Made by a program: the position numbers and the translations under genes. A stretch of DNA of 64,000 nt from Selaginella moellendorffii (lineage: Eukaryota > Plantae > Lycopodiophyta), in contig NW_003314288.1 in assembly GCF_000143415.4 (NCBI RefSeq), forward strand, positions 1,426,056-1,490,055, in the 5' to 3' direction. Below the pieces are notes generated by a model. It did not search any database. It was not told where the DNA came from and saw nothing but the letters and a program-made list of their open reading frames with translations. Numbering within the stretch: position 1 is the first letter of the stretch; each line of letters begins with the position of its first letter. Positions 10,813 through 24,246 of the stretch are shown piece by piece.

Positions 10813-13580
10813 CTCCAAGTAGACCACAACCAAGTCTAAGGCAGTGACACTCTTCCGAAGAGCCAACAACCGCACATATTTCGTCAAACGATCCATTATG
10901 ACCTATACTTGTTTTTTTTGCCTCTATATTCGTGGCAAACAAGTGATGAAGTCCATAGAGATACTATACCAATAGCTCTGAGGAATAGGTAAAGGTTGCA
11001 AAAGTCCCCCAGCTTCTCCCGTCGCACTTTTACCCGCTGACAGAAGTCACATGACTTATAGTACTCAAGGATATCGGCCTTTATGTTCCTCCAATAGAAA
11101 CTGTGCTTAATCAACTCATATGTCTTCTCCTCCCCAAAATGACCAGCCTCTGGACGATCATAATAGTGGAATAAAACTTGAGTAATTAACGCATTCACTT
11201 GTGGCAAATATATATGGCCATTGTAGTAAAGAATCCCATCCACTAATGAGAAAGGTGCTTCCATTTGAGCTTGCAACGAGACCATCTCAACATCCTGAGC
11301 TTGAGCACGCTCAACCAACTACCCAAACTCGCTAACCACCTTACTCAAATAATGACCAAACTGTGTTTGTAACGCCATCACATGCAAACATGAGATAAAG
11401 CATTCACCACCACATTCAATTTTCCCGAATGATGCTCAATAAAAAATTCCCTAAATTCCATATGTTTGACTATCCAACAAGCTTGTCTAGTATTCAACTC
11501 CTTCTGTGTGAAAAGATATACAAAGGGTTTGTAATCCGTCAACACCGTGAATACTACACCATAAAAATAGTGTTGCCACGTCCGTAAAGCATGAACAATG
11601 GAGAGTAACTCTTGTTCATATATGGAATAGTGTTGTTCCGTGAGATTCGAAGTTCGACTCTCATATGCAATAGGCTGCCCTTTTTGCATGAGAACTCCTC
11701 CCAATGCATAACCACTCGCATCACATATCACCTCATAAAGTTTTGATGGATTAGCAATGTGAAACATTGGAGCGTTGCTTAACAACCATTTCAATGCCAC
11801 AAAACTATCCTCATGTGGTTTCTTCCACTTGAATAGCACGTTCTTGTGCAACAATTGTGCCAAAGGAATAGCCACCTCTGCAAACTTATGTTGAAAATGT
11901 CAGCAATAACTAGCCATACTAAGGAAATTAAGTAACTTAGCCACTGAAGTTGGTGTAAGTTAGTTCTCCACCACAGCCACCTTCTTTGGATCCGTCTTGA
12001 CACCCTTGGATGTTATAATATGGCCTAGACATTCCATCTTTGACTTTGCAAATTTACATTTGCTCTTTTTCATATAAAGTTTGTTGTTATGGAGTAACAA
12101 AAGAACCTTACTTATGCTCCTCTATAATTTTGCTGAAATGGATGCTGGTAAATTGGCCACATCCCTAGCTCCAACGTAATCCCTTGCTCCACACCTCGTA
12201 ATCAAGGCAATCCATGAGGAATTTTAGAGGGAAAAACATCAGAGAACTCTTTGAGTATAATTTGCACTACTACCTCTCCTCCACACGTGGCTTGGTCCCC
12301 CAAGTCATGAACAAACAATAAGTAACTCCGAAGTGTTTTTCCATTACGAAAAGCCCACTTAAAAGATGTAGTGGAGAGCATAACAACTGGAGGTTAAACT
12401 CCCTCTCCAAACCACACATTGTTAATGCCACCATACTCCACACTTAATACTCCATATCTCTGGATCCACCTTCACCAACTATGACATCCCAAAAATGAGA
12501 TCCACATGATGAAGATCTATGAGATAAAAAGTCTCCACAAGTGTGGTTTTGCCAACTAACACTTCTAGCCCTTTCACACAAGTATTGAAATGCCGAGTAA
12601 AGGTAACTACACCTTCTACCATATATGGAAGAACTTCTCGTGTCACTAAGCCATTCTCCTCAACAAATTTTGTGGAAACAAAGTTGTTATCACTTCCACT
12701 GTCCAATAAAATCCACAATGGACTGCCACGAAACACACCCTCTAGCAAGTTGATGCACAAGTGTCCTTGACCTTCATTTTGTTCCACATACAGTTAAGTT
12801 GATGAGCAACAATTGAAAGCCTCCTCCTCCAACTGAAATGGTCATCCTCGTCATCCTTGTGCTGCAAAGTTTGCAACTTCTTAGTATCTGACTTACCATT
12901 AGTAGAAGATTGGCCATTCTTGTTGCCATGTTATTTGCTCTTCACCATGGACAATTAGCCTTGTAGTGTCCCAGCTTGTGGCAATGATGACAACATTGTT
13001 TATAATTCTTTATAAAGAATTTCTGCTTCATTGACCCCTGTGTACCCAAAGTAGCCACCATAGACTTTAGCTTGTGACGTTTATTCCCATCCTTGTGTCC
13101 ACAATAATCATCATGGCAATTCTCAACAGAAAGAATCCTCAAACACTTGTGAGACTTATACTTGTCATTGTCAAGTCGATGAGCAGCATCAAAGAGTTCC
13201 TCCAAACTCTTTGTACATTGAGAATGACAAGTGTTGCTGCATGTTCTCACTATGACGGCCATCAATGAAGTAGGACTTGTTCTGATTTGGATCCTTCATT
13301 GAAACACGGCTAATCAAGTGAGTTAGCTTCTCAATATAGTCCCCAAACTTCATTTTCCCTTGCTGAAAATGTCAAAGTTCGGTGTGAGCATTTTTCACAT
13401 CATAGTGAGGAGCAAAACGTAAATGGAAATAACCTCAAACTCATCCATTGTAGACACTAATGGTTTTTTATCCACAGCATAAGACTCCTCAAGCTAATTC
13501 CACCACTGAAGACTTGCATCACACAAAACCATTGAAATAGCCATTAAAACCTCTGCATCTGGAATTCCTTTAGTAACCAA

Positions 13581-16021
13581 CATAGTTGCCGGAAAACGTA
13601 TGAAACTAAAAAAACGTAACGTTTTAAACACGTTAAAAAACGCCGTTTTAAACTCCCAACGCGTTTGCACTATTTGCAAAAAGAGACAAGAGTTTCTTTA
13701 GGGTTTCTTTAGGGTTTCTTCAGGGTCATGTCAGGAATTGGAGGACGCCGCGAATGCTGGAGCTGGAAGCATGTGATACAAGCAGAGCGGCACTAGACAT
13801 GTAAGTATTGTCATGAGATTCACACTGGGGGAGCGGAGCGAGTGCGAGCACATCTCGCTGGAGTTCGGGCAAGAGGTGTGAAAACGTGCAAGGCAATGAG
13901 GGAGATCCCTTATGAAGTTCTTAAAAAGGCTCGCAGCAGTTTTTCTGATTTCGAGCTAGCAGACCCAGTAGATGCTGATGATGGGCATCTGCTGCAGCAA
14001 GCCGCACAGGGTTCAGGGGGGCCATCAGAATCTATGGTGGCAAGCACGGAGAACTGGTCCAGTGCTGGGACAAGCAGAGCAGCGAAACGTAGATCCTCGG
14101 ATGGAAATTTGGTGACATTTTTTGATACTGCTTCGGCTGAGGCACTGGATGATGCTGTTGCAGAGTTCTTCTTTGCCGAGAACATCTCCTTCAACACAAT
14201 CCGAAGAGACAACTTGAAGAAAATGCTGAAAGTTGCCGCAAAAGTGGGGCATCCAGTGATTGACAACCTCATGGGATATGAGAAGTTGCGGACAACTGAG
14301 CTACAACGAATATACAACAACGTTCAAAAGCGGCTTGAAGATGTGTGGCTAAGTTGGAGGACATATGGTTGTACCATTGTCACGGATGGCTGGTCTGATA
14401 TCAAGAAGAGGTCTCTTATCAACTTCATGGTCAGTTCTGTGAGAGGCTCAATTTTCCTGAAGGCTGTGGACAGCAAGAATGCGAAGAAAACCGGAGCATG
14501 GTTGTTTGAGCAGCTGAAACAAGTGAGTGCCGAGGTTGGTGCGGAAAACGTTGTGCAGGTGGTGACAGACAATGCAAGCAACTGCGTGGTCATGGGGGAG
14601 CTTTTGCAGCAGGAGTTTCCACAGATTGTACACGTTCGCTGCGTTTGCCATGTTATGGACTTGCTGTTCGAAGATATTGGAGCTCTGTCTTGGGTGCAGC
14701 CTTTCGTCGATGGCTGTGCAAAGATAGTTACCTTCATCACCTCAAAGCCACGGGTTCTAGCTCTTTATAGAACTTTCTGCAAACGGGACCTGATAAAGCC
14801 TGTGACCACGAGGTTTGCTTATATTTTTCTTGTGATGTCTCAGCTTCTGGAGACCACTAATCTCTCCGGGCTTCGAAGAATGGTGGTGAGCCAAGAATGG
14901 GAGTGACTTGACTGGTCTAAGAAGCTGGAGGGCCTGGAGCTGCGATCTCGTGTTCTCAATGACTTGTTCTGGGAGCGGTGCGAGAATTTGTTAATTTTGC
15001 TCGGACCTTTACTTCGAGTTCTTCGACTCGCTGATCGGGAGGGGGCGACTTCAGGCCTCATCTTTGAAGCTGTTGATCGGCTGATTGAGAAGATGGACGA
15101 GGGAGCTTGAAATGGAATTTATGCACATGAGGAAGTGGGACAAATCAAGGATTTCCTACTTGAATCACACGGTCTGAAGGAGGCAAGGTGGTATCAAATG
15201 CACAACGTCATTCATGGAGCTGCTTTTGCTCTTCATCCTCTGTTTCTGGGGGATAACCCAGAGAATGACAAGCTGGACAATGAGGCACGCGGGAACTGGT
15301 TGGAGTACATGCATGTTTATAGCGGAGGTGATCTGGACTTGCAGCTGAGATTGCAGGCACAGTTTGAGAGGTTTCGGCAACAGCTTGGACAGCAAATGAG
15401 GTTACCTGTTGCCAAGGATCGAGAGACCAGAAAGTTTCCAGTAACCTGGTGGAGTTCTTTTGGTTTAGAGATGCCTGATCTACGTCACATGGCTCTCCGG
15501 ATTTTAAGCCAGGTTGTTTGCACTTCTCCATGCGAGAGGAATTGGAGCTCATGGAGCTTGATACAAACAAAGCACAGGTCCCACTTGCTTCCCAAAAATG
15601 CTGAGAAGCTGGTTTACATTCATACAAACTTGCGGGTTGTTCAGAAGCTGGAGAGTGAAGGTTTGAGGATGCTGGAGATTGATATAGACAAGCTGGAGTT
15701 GGAGCCTCATTGGAAGAGGATTTTGGATCTGCAAGAAGCTTTTGAGGAACCAAATCAGGCTACTAACGAGTTTAGCATCGATGAAAAAATGGAAGATGAT
15801 TCAGAATCGGAAGACGACTAAAACGGCTTCTTCTTTCATTTGTTTTATCGGTTGGGTTTTATAAACTTAATATCAGATTAAAGTGTATTTAGTAAATATT
15901 AGTGTTTTCTTAATCATTTTAGGCTTTAACATGTAAACGTTTGATTGTCCTTAAAAAAACATTTTAAACGGCGTTTAAACGTGGACGCGTTTGAACGTTT
16001 GCACGTCTAGCTGCAACTATG
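13581..16021 (+). mobile_element. Full-length hAT DNA transposon
   Basis: TIRs CATAGTTGC...GCAACTATG. Perfect 8-bp TSD GTAACCAA (13573-13580 and 16022-16029). AAACG(T)-rich subterminal repeats. Confidence 0.97.
13728..15821 (+). pseudogene. hAT transposase (BED zinc finger, DUF659 catalytic region, hATC dimerisation domain) with three in-frame stops
   Basis: One frame from ATG 13728: W.H...CKYC...RAHL, GCTIVTDGWSD, VVQVVTDNASN, CVCHVMDL, TRFA, CERNWSSW. Stops at about 13794 (TAG), 14904 (TGA) and about 15108 (TGA); no frameshift seen. Confidence 0.95.
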
Positions 16022-16130
16022 GTAACCAAAAACTTCTTCACATTAGCTAGCCAAGCTAAACACTCATCCACACCACCATCACTGGAAAAGGTTAGAATCT
16101 TGAGTCGATCCAACCTTTTCTTCATCAGTG

Positions 16131-17701
16131 AATGGAAGTGTATGAATTTGCAAGAGTGACTGGCAATTCCCAGTTTATTTTACTTCCTTTTCAGCCATAC
16201 AAGCTTATTTATGCGTCGATGCTTGCTGAAGCTGGAAAGATAAACGAAGCTTTCAGGTTGGTAGTGATTTTTAACTGTATGCTTCATTAACACAAGGTTT
16301 CTCTTCGAAGGTATTGCCAAGCAGTGTTGAAAACGTTGAAAACAGCGGGCCATGTAGCTGATGTGTGCAAAGAAGCAGCTGTAGCCTTGGAAGAGCATCT
16401 TTGTATCCACTCTCAGGTTTGTAAGCGGACACTCGGCTTTTATACTCACTTTCCTGTTATCCAGGGAGGCTCTGACGTCAATTGTGCAACGGTTTTTTGG
16501 CAATATTGGTCTACACAAGATGATAGGCCCGTTGCCCCCGAAAGCTTCTGATAATGCTGATATTAATGACTGTCCCACAACAGCTTCTAGCAGAAGCAGT
16601 GTATCACTTGCTTCATCAGAATCAATGGAACCCATAAGTGATAATACGAGAAGATACAACATCCCAGCGAGAAGCATTTCTGAGACTGACTTTAGGCCTG
16701 CACAGGTAACTTGACTTGCTCTTGTGTATCTTTACTTCTTTCGTGCAAAGAGTGATGGGCTTCATAAAAACACCTTCGAAGGAGGTTTGTAGAAGCTTTG
16801 GAAAGAGCGCTAGCTGATTGATGTTCGGGAATGTGATGCAGGCAAAGCTTGGCGACAGCAAAAGTTTAGATACGACGCTGAAGCGCTGGGTTGAAGAAGG
16901 AGCCGAGGCACAAGCACCAGACCTTCCGTTGGCTCCTCCTCCCACAGCAAACAAGCTCGTCTCGCGCGTGGAGGAGAACGGCACTCCTATTTCCATGTCT
17001 CCCGAGAGACCAGAGCCAACTCCAGAGCCAACCGGTTGTGAGTGGAATCCCACCAATGCCTCCAAGCAGTAACCAGTACGCAGCTCACGCACGTCAAAAC
17101 GTTAGATCAAGGTACCGTTTTGGTCATTCCCAGCACTCCAATCTCACGAGGTTTTTGCAGATATGTCGATACATTCAACAAAGGTAGCGTAACACCATCC
17201 AAGACATCATCGGACTCTCCTCCACTGTTTGGCGTGGTGCCAAAGGCAAGCGCAAAGCCTTTGGTTCCAGCGAGATTTTTCGTGCCTGCGGCCGCTGCTG
17301 CCGCTGCTCCAGATATCAACAGCAACCATTCGGTGGATCCTTACTCGGCACCAGCCTTTGTCTCCGACACGGCGTTCTCAAACGGGAATGGAGCATTCGC
17401 TCAGCCGGTTGTACAGGATATGAGAAACGATCCGGGGCCAATGCCTGATCATCTCTCGAGCAGCTCTTCGCCAGCAATGTTTTATTCGAATCACTATCCA
17501 GCAGCACCGTCGACCGTCTCGTTGCCGCCACCTCCAGCTCTGGAAGTCACTCCACCAGTGATGGTCGAGCAGCAGCAGCAAAACCAACACCAGGAAAGTT
17601 CGATTCATCAGCACCACCATCAACAGTCCAGCACAGTGGGATTCGAAGCTGCCAGTTCCTCTGAAGTGTTTGGAGACGACTTGCAAGAGGTGGAATTGTA
17701 A
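16131..17701 (+). pseudogene. SEC16: 3' part of a spliced SEC16 (ER exit-site scaffold) homologue, 5'-truncated at the gypsy junction
   Basis: Manual translation gives plant SEC16 motifs in order: EVYEFARVTGNSQFILLPFQPYKLIYASMLAEAGK, YCQAVLKTLK, RSISETDF, AKLG...LKRWVEEG...LAPPPT, PPSSNQY...VRSRYVDTFNKG, FFVP and terminal DDLQEVEL*. Short GT-AG introns are present (e.g. 16257-16310). Confidence 0.88.
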
Positions 17702-17888
17702 ATCACACTCCACAAGTAGTGTTGCTGGGTGGATTTTGGTAGAGCAGTGTAGCGAAGTAGTAGTCGTGGAAGGAGCCACGAGCGAAGCGAGGAAGCTCCT
17801 TAAAGTTGCTAGAGAAAGGAAACTCTTTACAGTGTAAAACAAAGGCCTTGTGATGAATATACCTCGAATAATCTCCCGGATTTAAAAT

Positions 17889-19265
17889 ATGGCGCGCGTA
17901 GCTCACAAGGCATCGTCTTGGTGGGATGAAACGCTTGTTGTCTACGGGCGGTGTGGGCATTTGGAGGAATCGAGAAGGATCTTTGATGCATTGCCGGCCA
18001 AGAACATCGCGTCGTGGACGTCGCTCGCGACCGCGTATGCCGAGAGTGGGCATCCGGGGGAGGCCAAGGCAGCGTTCGATCGAATGGCGGTATGGGACGT
18101 AGTTTCCTCCACTGCGATGGTCAGGGCGCTGGGCGATTGCGGGCGGATTGGATCGAGCAAGGCGGTGTTTGATGCGATGCCCGAGAGGAACTGCAAGACG
18201 TGGGCGACGCTGCTGCGGGGATTTGCCCGCGGCGGAGAGATTGGGCGAGCGAGAGAAGTGCTGGATCGGATGCCCGAGACGAATGTGGTAGCGTGGACGA
18301 TCCTCGTGCAGGGTTTCGCGCAGCGCGGGCGAGTGGGCGGTGCGAAGGCCGCGTTTGATTCCATGCCCGAGAAGAACAGCATCACTCGCGCGGTGATGCT
18401 CGTCATGTTTGCGGAGAATGGATTCGTGGAGGAGGCGGAGGATGTCTTCCAGGAAATTGTCCACCGAAACGCGATCCTCTGGGGGGCGATGCACTGCTGC
18501 TATGCCCAAAATGGGGATATGATTCAAGCCAAGAGTTTGTTTGATAGGATGCCTCAGCACAGCGTACTTTCGTGGACGATTATGATCAAGTCATACGCAC
18601 AAAACGGTGATGCTGATCAAGGAAAACACTTGTTTGAAGAAAAGCCACACAGAGATCTTGTTTCATGGAACGCGATAATCGCTGTTTATGCCCAGAGAGG
18701 TCGTTTCCGGGCGTTTTCTTTGGTTTGCTGTTGGGATTCCTATTCATGGAACACAATTCTAGTGGTATATGCTCTAGATGCAAATATTCGTGATGCTAAG
18801 AAAGCGTTCGATGAGATGCCAGCTTGGAACTTTCTCTCCTGGAACACGATTCTTGCAGCATATGCCCAGATCGGGCAGCGATCCAGCTCTTCTGGGCGAT
18901 GTTTCTTCATGGCTTTGGCCCCGACAAGGCAGCGTTTGCCATCATTTTGATGGCGTGTAGCTATCTGGGGCTCGTCAAGGAAGCAGTAAGCTACTTCACG
19001 GCAATGTGCTCTGACAATGGACTACACCTGCATTGTTGATGCTCTCGGACGACTAGGGCGATTGAAAGAGGCCGAGGATATCCTGGAGAATATGCCTTTG
19101 CCAGCAGATGGAGTTGCATGGGCAACGTTTCTTACCGCGTGCAAAAACCACAGGGAGATGAATCGAGGGATGCATGCTGCGGAATTTACGTGCCAGTCCA
19201 GCCTTGTGAGTGATGCATTGCCTTATGTGATGCTGGAGAACATCTTCAGAGCAGTTCAGACTTGA
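17889..19265 (+). pseudogene. PLS-class pentatricopeptide repeat gene (E-domain end, no DYW), frameshifted
   Basis: Repeated PPR motifs (FDAMPERN, VVAWTILVQGFAQ, VSWNAII..YAQ, YTCIVDALGRLGRLKEAE, YVMLENIF) split over three frames (17889-18950, 18824-19039, 19017-19265). Confidence 0.9.
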
Positions 19266-21112
19266 TTCTTCACTGTTTTGATGTGTTGACCCAAACATCG
19301 GCCATTCCGTGAGCCGCCCCATCCCCCATGGATGGAGAGCGGGACGCACAGAGATTGGGCATAGGAGAGTCTTCAGAAATCTATCTGGAGTGTTAAGTGC
19401 AGTGGGTTTGCTATAGCCAGCAACGCAAGATCCAATGCTGCTGTTGTGAATTTGAGCAGCAGCACTGCGCTCCTCCTGCTCCACATGAGTGCCATGCTAG
19501 GCATGGCAATCCAGATTCTCAAGACCACGCCGGTGAGAGTCTATCATGAGCTCCTGTTGAAAGTGGGAAGTAGTGGTGTGAAGTGCTTGCGTTTGAGGCG
19601 CAGGTGGAGATGGGCTCATTGATACCTCGTTCCCATTGCCTTCCTTGTATCCTATCTCCCTCATTGCCTCCCGACATGCTTCATATGTTCTCCTCTCTGA
19701 GTTCCATATGTTATCCTCTCCACTGGGCCTCAGCCCATTCTTGATATTTACGAAGGCTCCATTGGATGTTGATACAGAGAATTAAATTTAAAGACAATTG
19801 GCCCACTTTTATGATGGCCTTAATCTATGTTGAATGGATTGCTCTTTGCAAAGCATGTATGCAAGGCGATTTTACAAGGAAATTTATCAAATCTTCTGCA
19901 AAGTCAATGCCATACCTGTCAAGAACCAAATCCTTGGAGAGCTTTAGGAATTATTATAGGGATATATAGGGATGCATAATGAAGGATAGTTAAGTAATTT
20001 GATGATGAGAAGTTTGACATGGCGCAAGCAGAGTGCGCCTCTCAAGAAATCTATGTTCTAGCTCCCATTTGGAAATAAGAAAGATTACAAGTGCCATTTC
20101 CTACCCTTCGAAAACTTTCTTTGTATTCTGCAGGGTGGAGTTTTACATATAATGTTGTTGTCACAAATAATTATAAAGCAAGTATAAGGGAATATTGCTT
20201 CTTCAATGACAACTAGCACTTTGTAAAATGTTTTGTGACCAACTATTCCCTTCTCTTCCAATATCATGGAATATAAGTATATGAAAATTTTCAAAACTAT
20301 CATGTTGGAGTACAATCTTAATCATTCTTAAACTCTTAGGAATACTAGACTCAACTCTTCAGTTCCCTTTAATCTTTCAGTCTAGCATCATTCCAAATAC
20401 AGGATTGGTATTGCCTTTTGAGACAAGGATAATTAGTTGTTATTTCAATCTACATTGAGTTATAATTTAAATAGATTGCTACTTTGTCCTCTATGACATG
20501 CTAGATGGAGAAAAAGTGTTATAGAAGATCATAGTTTTTATGCATTCCTCAAGTATTCTTTACAATTCAAATATTTATTTTAATAGATTTTTTTTCTGCA
20601 GGCTATTTGCAAATGAACACAATTGCATAAATAGAAGATGATGGTCACATTAGATTATGGTTTCCAGACATGCAAATGATTCTTTCACAAGGTGTATGAC
20701 CTATTTGCAAATATATCATATTTTTATATTCTTTATTTTTCCACAATACCTATCTTTTATAGCTTCAGTTTTGAGTATTTCTTTAATGTAGGCACTATAC
20801 TTTTGGTTTGCTTAATAGACACTACATATGTGACTCACAGTCAAATTGTGATGGCCACATCAGCAATTTGAAGTAACATTGCCTTAGTACATATCACCGT
20901 CACCATCATTTTTTTAATAGTGGCATTGTTACAGTGAAATCAATTTAAATGTTTTTCAAAACTAGCCCAGTTGGTTGACTGGAGTTGTATTTGAGTAAAG
21001 ATGTTTAAGATAAATTTGATTCCAAGGTAACTAATCTGGCCATAAAACTTGACATTCTAGTGGTGTGTAAATAGAATTTGCAAGCAGCTCAAGATAGAGT
21101 AGAGAAGTTTGC

Positions 21113-21307
21113 TGTAAGCTCCTGAATTTGAACTTCCCGAGAGGTCAGCCAATCCAGTATTATTCAAACCCAAGGACACTTAACCCCAAATATCCCAAGA
21201 CTCTTAACCGATTGGAAAAAAAGGGTGTGTTCTTGTTCATGGGCCCCTTCTCTCTATATTTGAACCCTATGGATCGTTTCTTGAGTCGTTCCCTTTGATT
21301 GTTTACA
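21113..21307 (-). mobile_element. Cassandra-type solo LTR
   Basis: 195-bp TG..CA copy of the LTRs at 5366-5560 and 5908-6101, with a perfect 5-bp TSD TTTGC (21108-21112 and 21308-21312). Confidence 0.92.
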
Positions 21308-21399
21308 TTTGCTAATGGGCATCAGCAATCTGGGTAAGATGGGTGATCTCATCATTGTGCGAGTGATCTTTCCGTGAAGTGAGCAATGGAACACCTTGG

Positions 21400-23033
21400 T
21401 GCTTTTATGGAATGGGAAGAGTGACAAAATTTCTTATTAATATGTTGGTCCATATGAAATGCTAGAGTGCATTGGTAAGGTGGTTTATCATATGCACTGC
21501 TAGTTGGGGTGAAAATTTATCTGGTATTTTATATCAACCAACTAAAAGATGTACTATCTTGGAATGAAAGGCCCAATGCTTTCTCGATGTATACAGCTAT
21601 GGAAGATAAATCAAGAGTTTGAGTAAGGTTTCCCAAAAAGGGTGATCACCAGTATAATTAGTCCTTGGGACAAGGACTTTGTTGGGGGGGAAGAATTGTT
21701 AGATACTAGTTTTGACCATGTGGTCAACATGGGCCAAAGAGAAGCTTAAGGGTATATTAAGATATATTAGGGTAAGGAACTTACTCTAACTTAAAGCTCA
21801 CAGTGGAGCAACAATTTAGTGGAGCTTTTGAGATACTTCGGGGGTGGTTAGATGGGTTGAGCAAACTAGGTGGAGTCTATCCCACAAGTAATTCCCAAGT
21901 AAAAACTAAAGTCTCCACCAATCTTTAAGGGAGTGAATGGTTATAAGCTAGTGAAGGATTAATTATATAATATAGAAAATTACATTTGAGCATTGTAGTA
22001 AAACTTTAAAAGGTACTATATGCAAAACCATATTTAACAGCCTTAGTAAGAACCGCAAAGGCCAATGAAGGTCCAATGGCTATTTGAAAGTGATGAAAGT
22101 AAAAATTAGAGCAACCTATATACCCCCAAATACTACTTTACATTTAAGGGATGAGTTGAGTCGGTTGAAGTGGATTGGTCCAATTTAGGAGTATGTGAAT
22201 GTGTTTCTAGCCAAAAGAATCCTTGTTGTGGATATAAATGATATAGATGTGATCCACACCTTTATCTCAAGATTGCAGACTTAAGCTACTTGGAAAACTA
22301 AAGACTATAGAGTTCTTTCAAGGTAGCTAAAGCATCGATAAGGTACTTTGATAAATAAAAGTTGAAGTAGGAACATAGAAAATTGATATGGATTTCACTA
22401 CCTCCATCTTGAATCATTCTCCTCATGTATTTGCTAATATCACCATCATACCTTATCCATACAAAGTTACCATAAATCAATTGAATTAATCCATTTTAAA
22501 GATTATATTAAATCTTACTCTAAAGTAGGGCAAAATAAGGTTAAAGACTCTTGTTTGAATTTGGTGTCCACGAAAGGATAATTTATTAAAAGAACTAAGG
22601 TAGTATTTAGTGCTTACTCTTAATAAAGAATGATAAAAAGATGGGAATGAAAGAAATGCATTTAATTATTCAACAAGTGTTAGATTAATTTCAAGATACT
22701 ATGTTAAAGAAATTAGTAATAGGACTACCCCCTACCCAACTAATAGAATAGAAAATTGAGTTGGTCAAAAGTGCTAAAGCAATGGTTCATCTCCATTATT
22801 AGTTAAAAAAAAAAGAGCTCAAAGAACTCAAATGCCAACATAAAGAGTTGGTTGATAAAGGGTATATTATAAGGATCTAGTGTTATTTGTAAAAGAAAAA
22901 AAAACATCTATATGAATGTGTATAGATTATATTAGTTATTAACAAATATATAAAGAAGAATAAATACCTTTTACGAAGAATTGAAGACCTCTTTGATAGG
23001 TTAGAAAATGCAAGATACTTCTCAATAATTGAT
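21400..23033 (+). mobile_element. Highly decayed gypsy remnants (integrase end, PPT-like GGGGGGGGAAGAAT-TG at about 21683-21697, gag and RT start)
   Basis: 22170-22290 parallels the gag segment at 23940-24050. 22720-23030 parallels the RT start at 26600-26925 (CIDY...[16 protein letters not shown]). Many stops. Confidence 0.7.
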
Positions 23034-23925
23034 TGTAAGGAACCAACTCCCCGAAGTGTCATAGGCTAAAAGATCCCCAAAAAGTATGACTAAAATGATA
23101 AAGAGTTCATTAAATGAGACCAAGTTTGAAATCGAGTCCAAGATTGACTCTGAGACCGAGTTCAAGACTGAGTCCGAGACCGAATTCAAGACCAAACTGG
23201 AGACTAAGTTTGAGATTGAGTCTGAGATCCGAGATCAAGTTTGAGACAAAGTCCGAGGTCGGGTTCAAGATCAAGTTCGAGACCAAGTCTGAGGTCAAGC
23301 TTGAGATTGAGTCCAAATACTAATACAAGTCGTGGGGTGAAAGCCCAAAGCATGTGTCTCTCGGGGGGGGGGGGCTGCAAGGGGTTCCGGGAAAGTGAGG
23401 TCTAGGAACCAATCTTGAAGGAACTCTCAAGTGGTGCTTCCAAACTAATTTGAGGTTGAGGCTTGGGTTTAGGGGCCTTGGGTAGGAGCGAGCATGGGAT
23501 CAGGTGGTGTTAGAGGGGCCACCCAAGGAAGTGCTCAAGAGCAACTCCCACTCCCGGAAGGGAAATTAATTACAGTGCTCCCAACTCATATAAAGTGGTG
23601 TCCTACTTGAGTACCTTATAACTCATTGATCCTTGCCCTTCCTAAAGGATTGGGCCTTTCCTTCGGGATGAAAGTGGGGGAGTAGGGGTACCTATACTGG
23701 GCTGTTAGGCCACGGTGTTTCCCTCCAGTGTCCCGAAAAAAGTGTTGCACTTAAGGCTTGGGATTTAGAGGGTCCCATGATCAAGTCTTGTTGTACTAAG
23801 GGATGTTAGGAACCTGGAGGCTTGGTGTGTTTGGCTGCTTGTGCTTGCAGGGAATGTAACCGAACCTTAAGTTTAGTCTAGCCCAAAGAGGGGGATTGGG
23901 AGAGAATTTGAGAATTCGTGGATGG
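23034..23925 (+). mobile_element. Truncated family-C LTR
   Basis: Starts TGTAAGGAACC. Reverse complement of about 36860-37845. Joined directly to gag sequence, suggesting a deletion. Confidence 0.85.
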
Positions 23926-24246
23926 ATGGATCTATGGGAACCATTCAAGAGTATGTGAATATGTTCATGGCAAAGAGGATCTTTGTCATGGACATAGGCA
24001 ACATTGATGCATTCCATGCCTTCATATCAGGCTTGCAGACTTGTGCCAAAGGGAAATTCAAGAAAAAATTCTCTAAAAATGAGTTTTTAGGGTTTCGGAA
24101 ATGTAGATTTGATGGCTACCGAGCAAGTATGTGGGGGAGTCAAGCAAAAAGGTATAAACCCATTAATAAGAAAGTCAAGTTTGCTAGTAGCATAGGAAAT
24201 AACATATGCTTCAACTGTGGTGAAGCGGGACACTTTTGAAGGGTAT

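Larger units (their letters stand above)
10813..16130 (-). mobile_element. Degenerate Ty3/gypsy internal region (gag, zinc knuckle, protease, partial RT, RNase H, integrase N-terminus), interrupted by a hAT element
   Basis: CHHCHKLGHYKANC (about 12950-12995), LLDSGS protease (12479-12787), CDASGYALGGVL RNase H (11378-11875), integrase zinc finger GHFG...CDFCQ (10896-11318). Many stops and frameshifts; most of RT is deleted. Confidence 0.9.

Noticed and set aside
17703-18560. Antisense ORFs over the PPR gene, transposases and cargo gene (also 39335-40213, 45978-46586, 6661-7245)
   Set aside because: Shadow ORFs of coding or GC-rich strands with no recognisable motifs.
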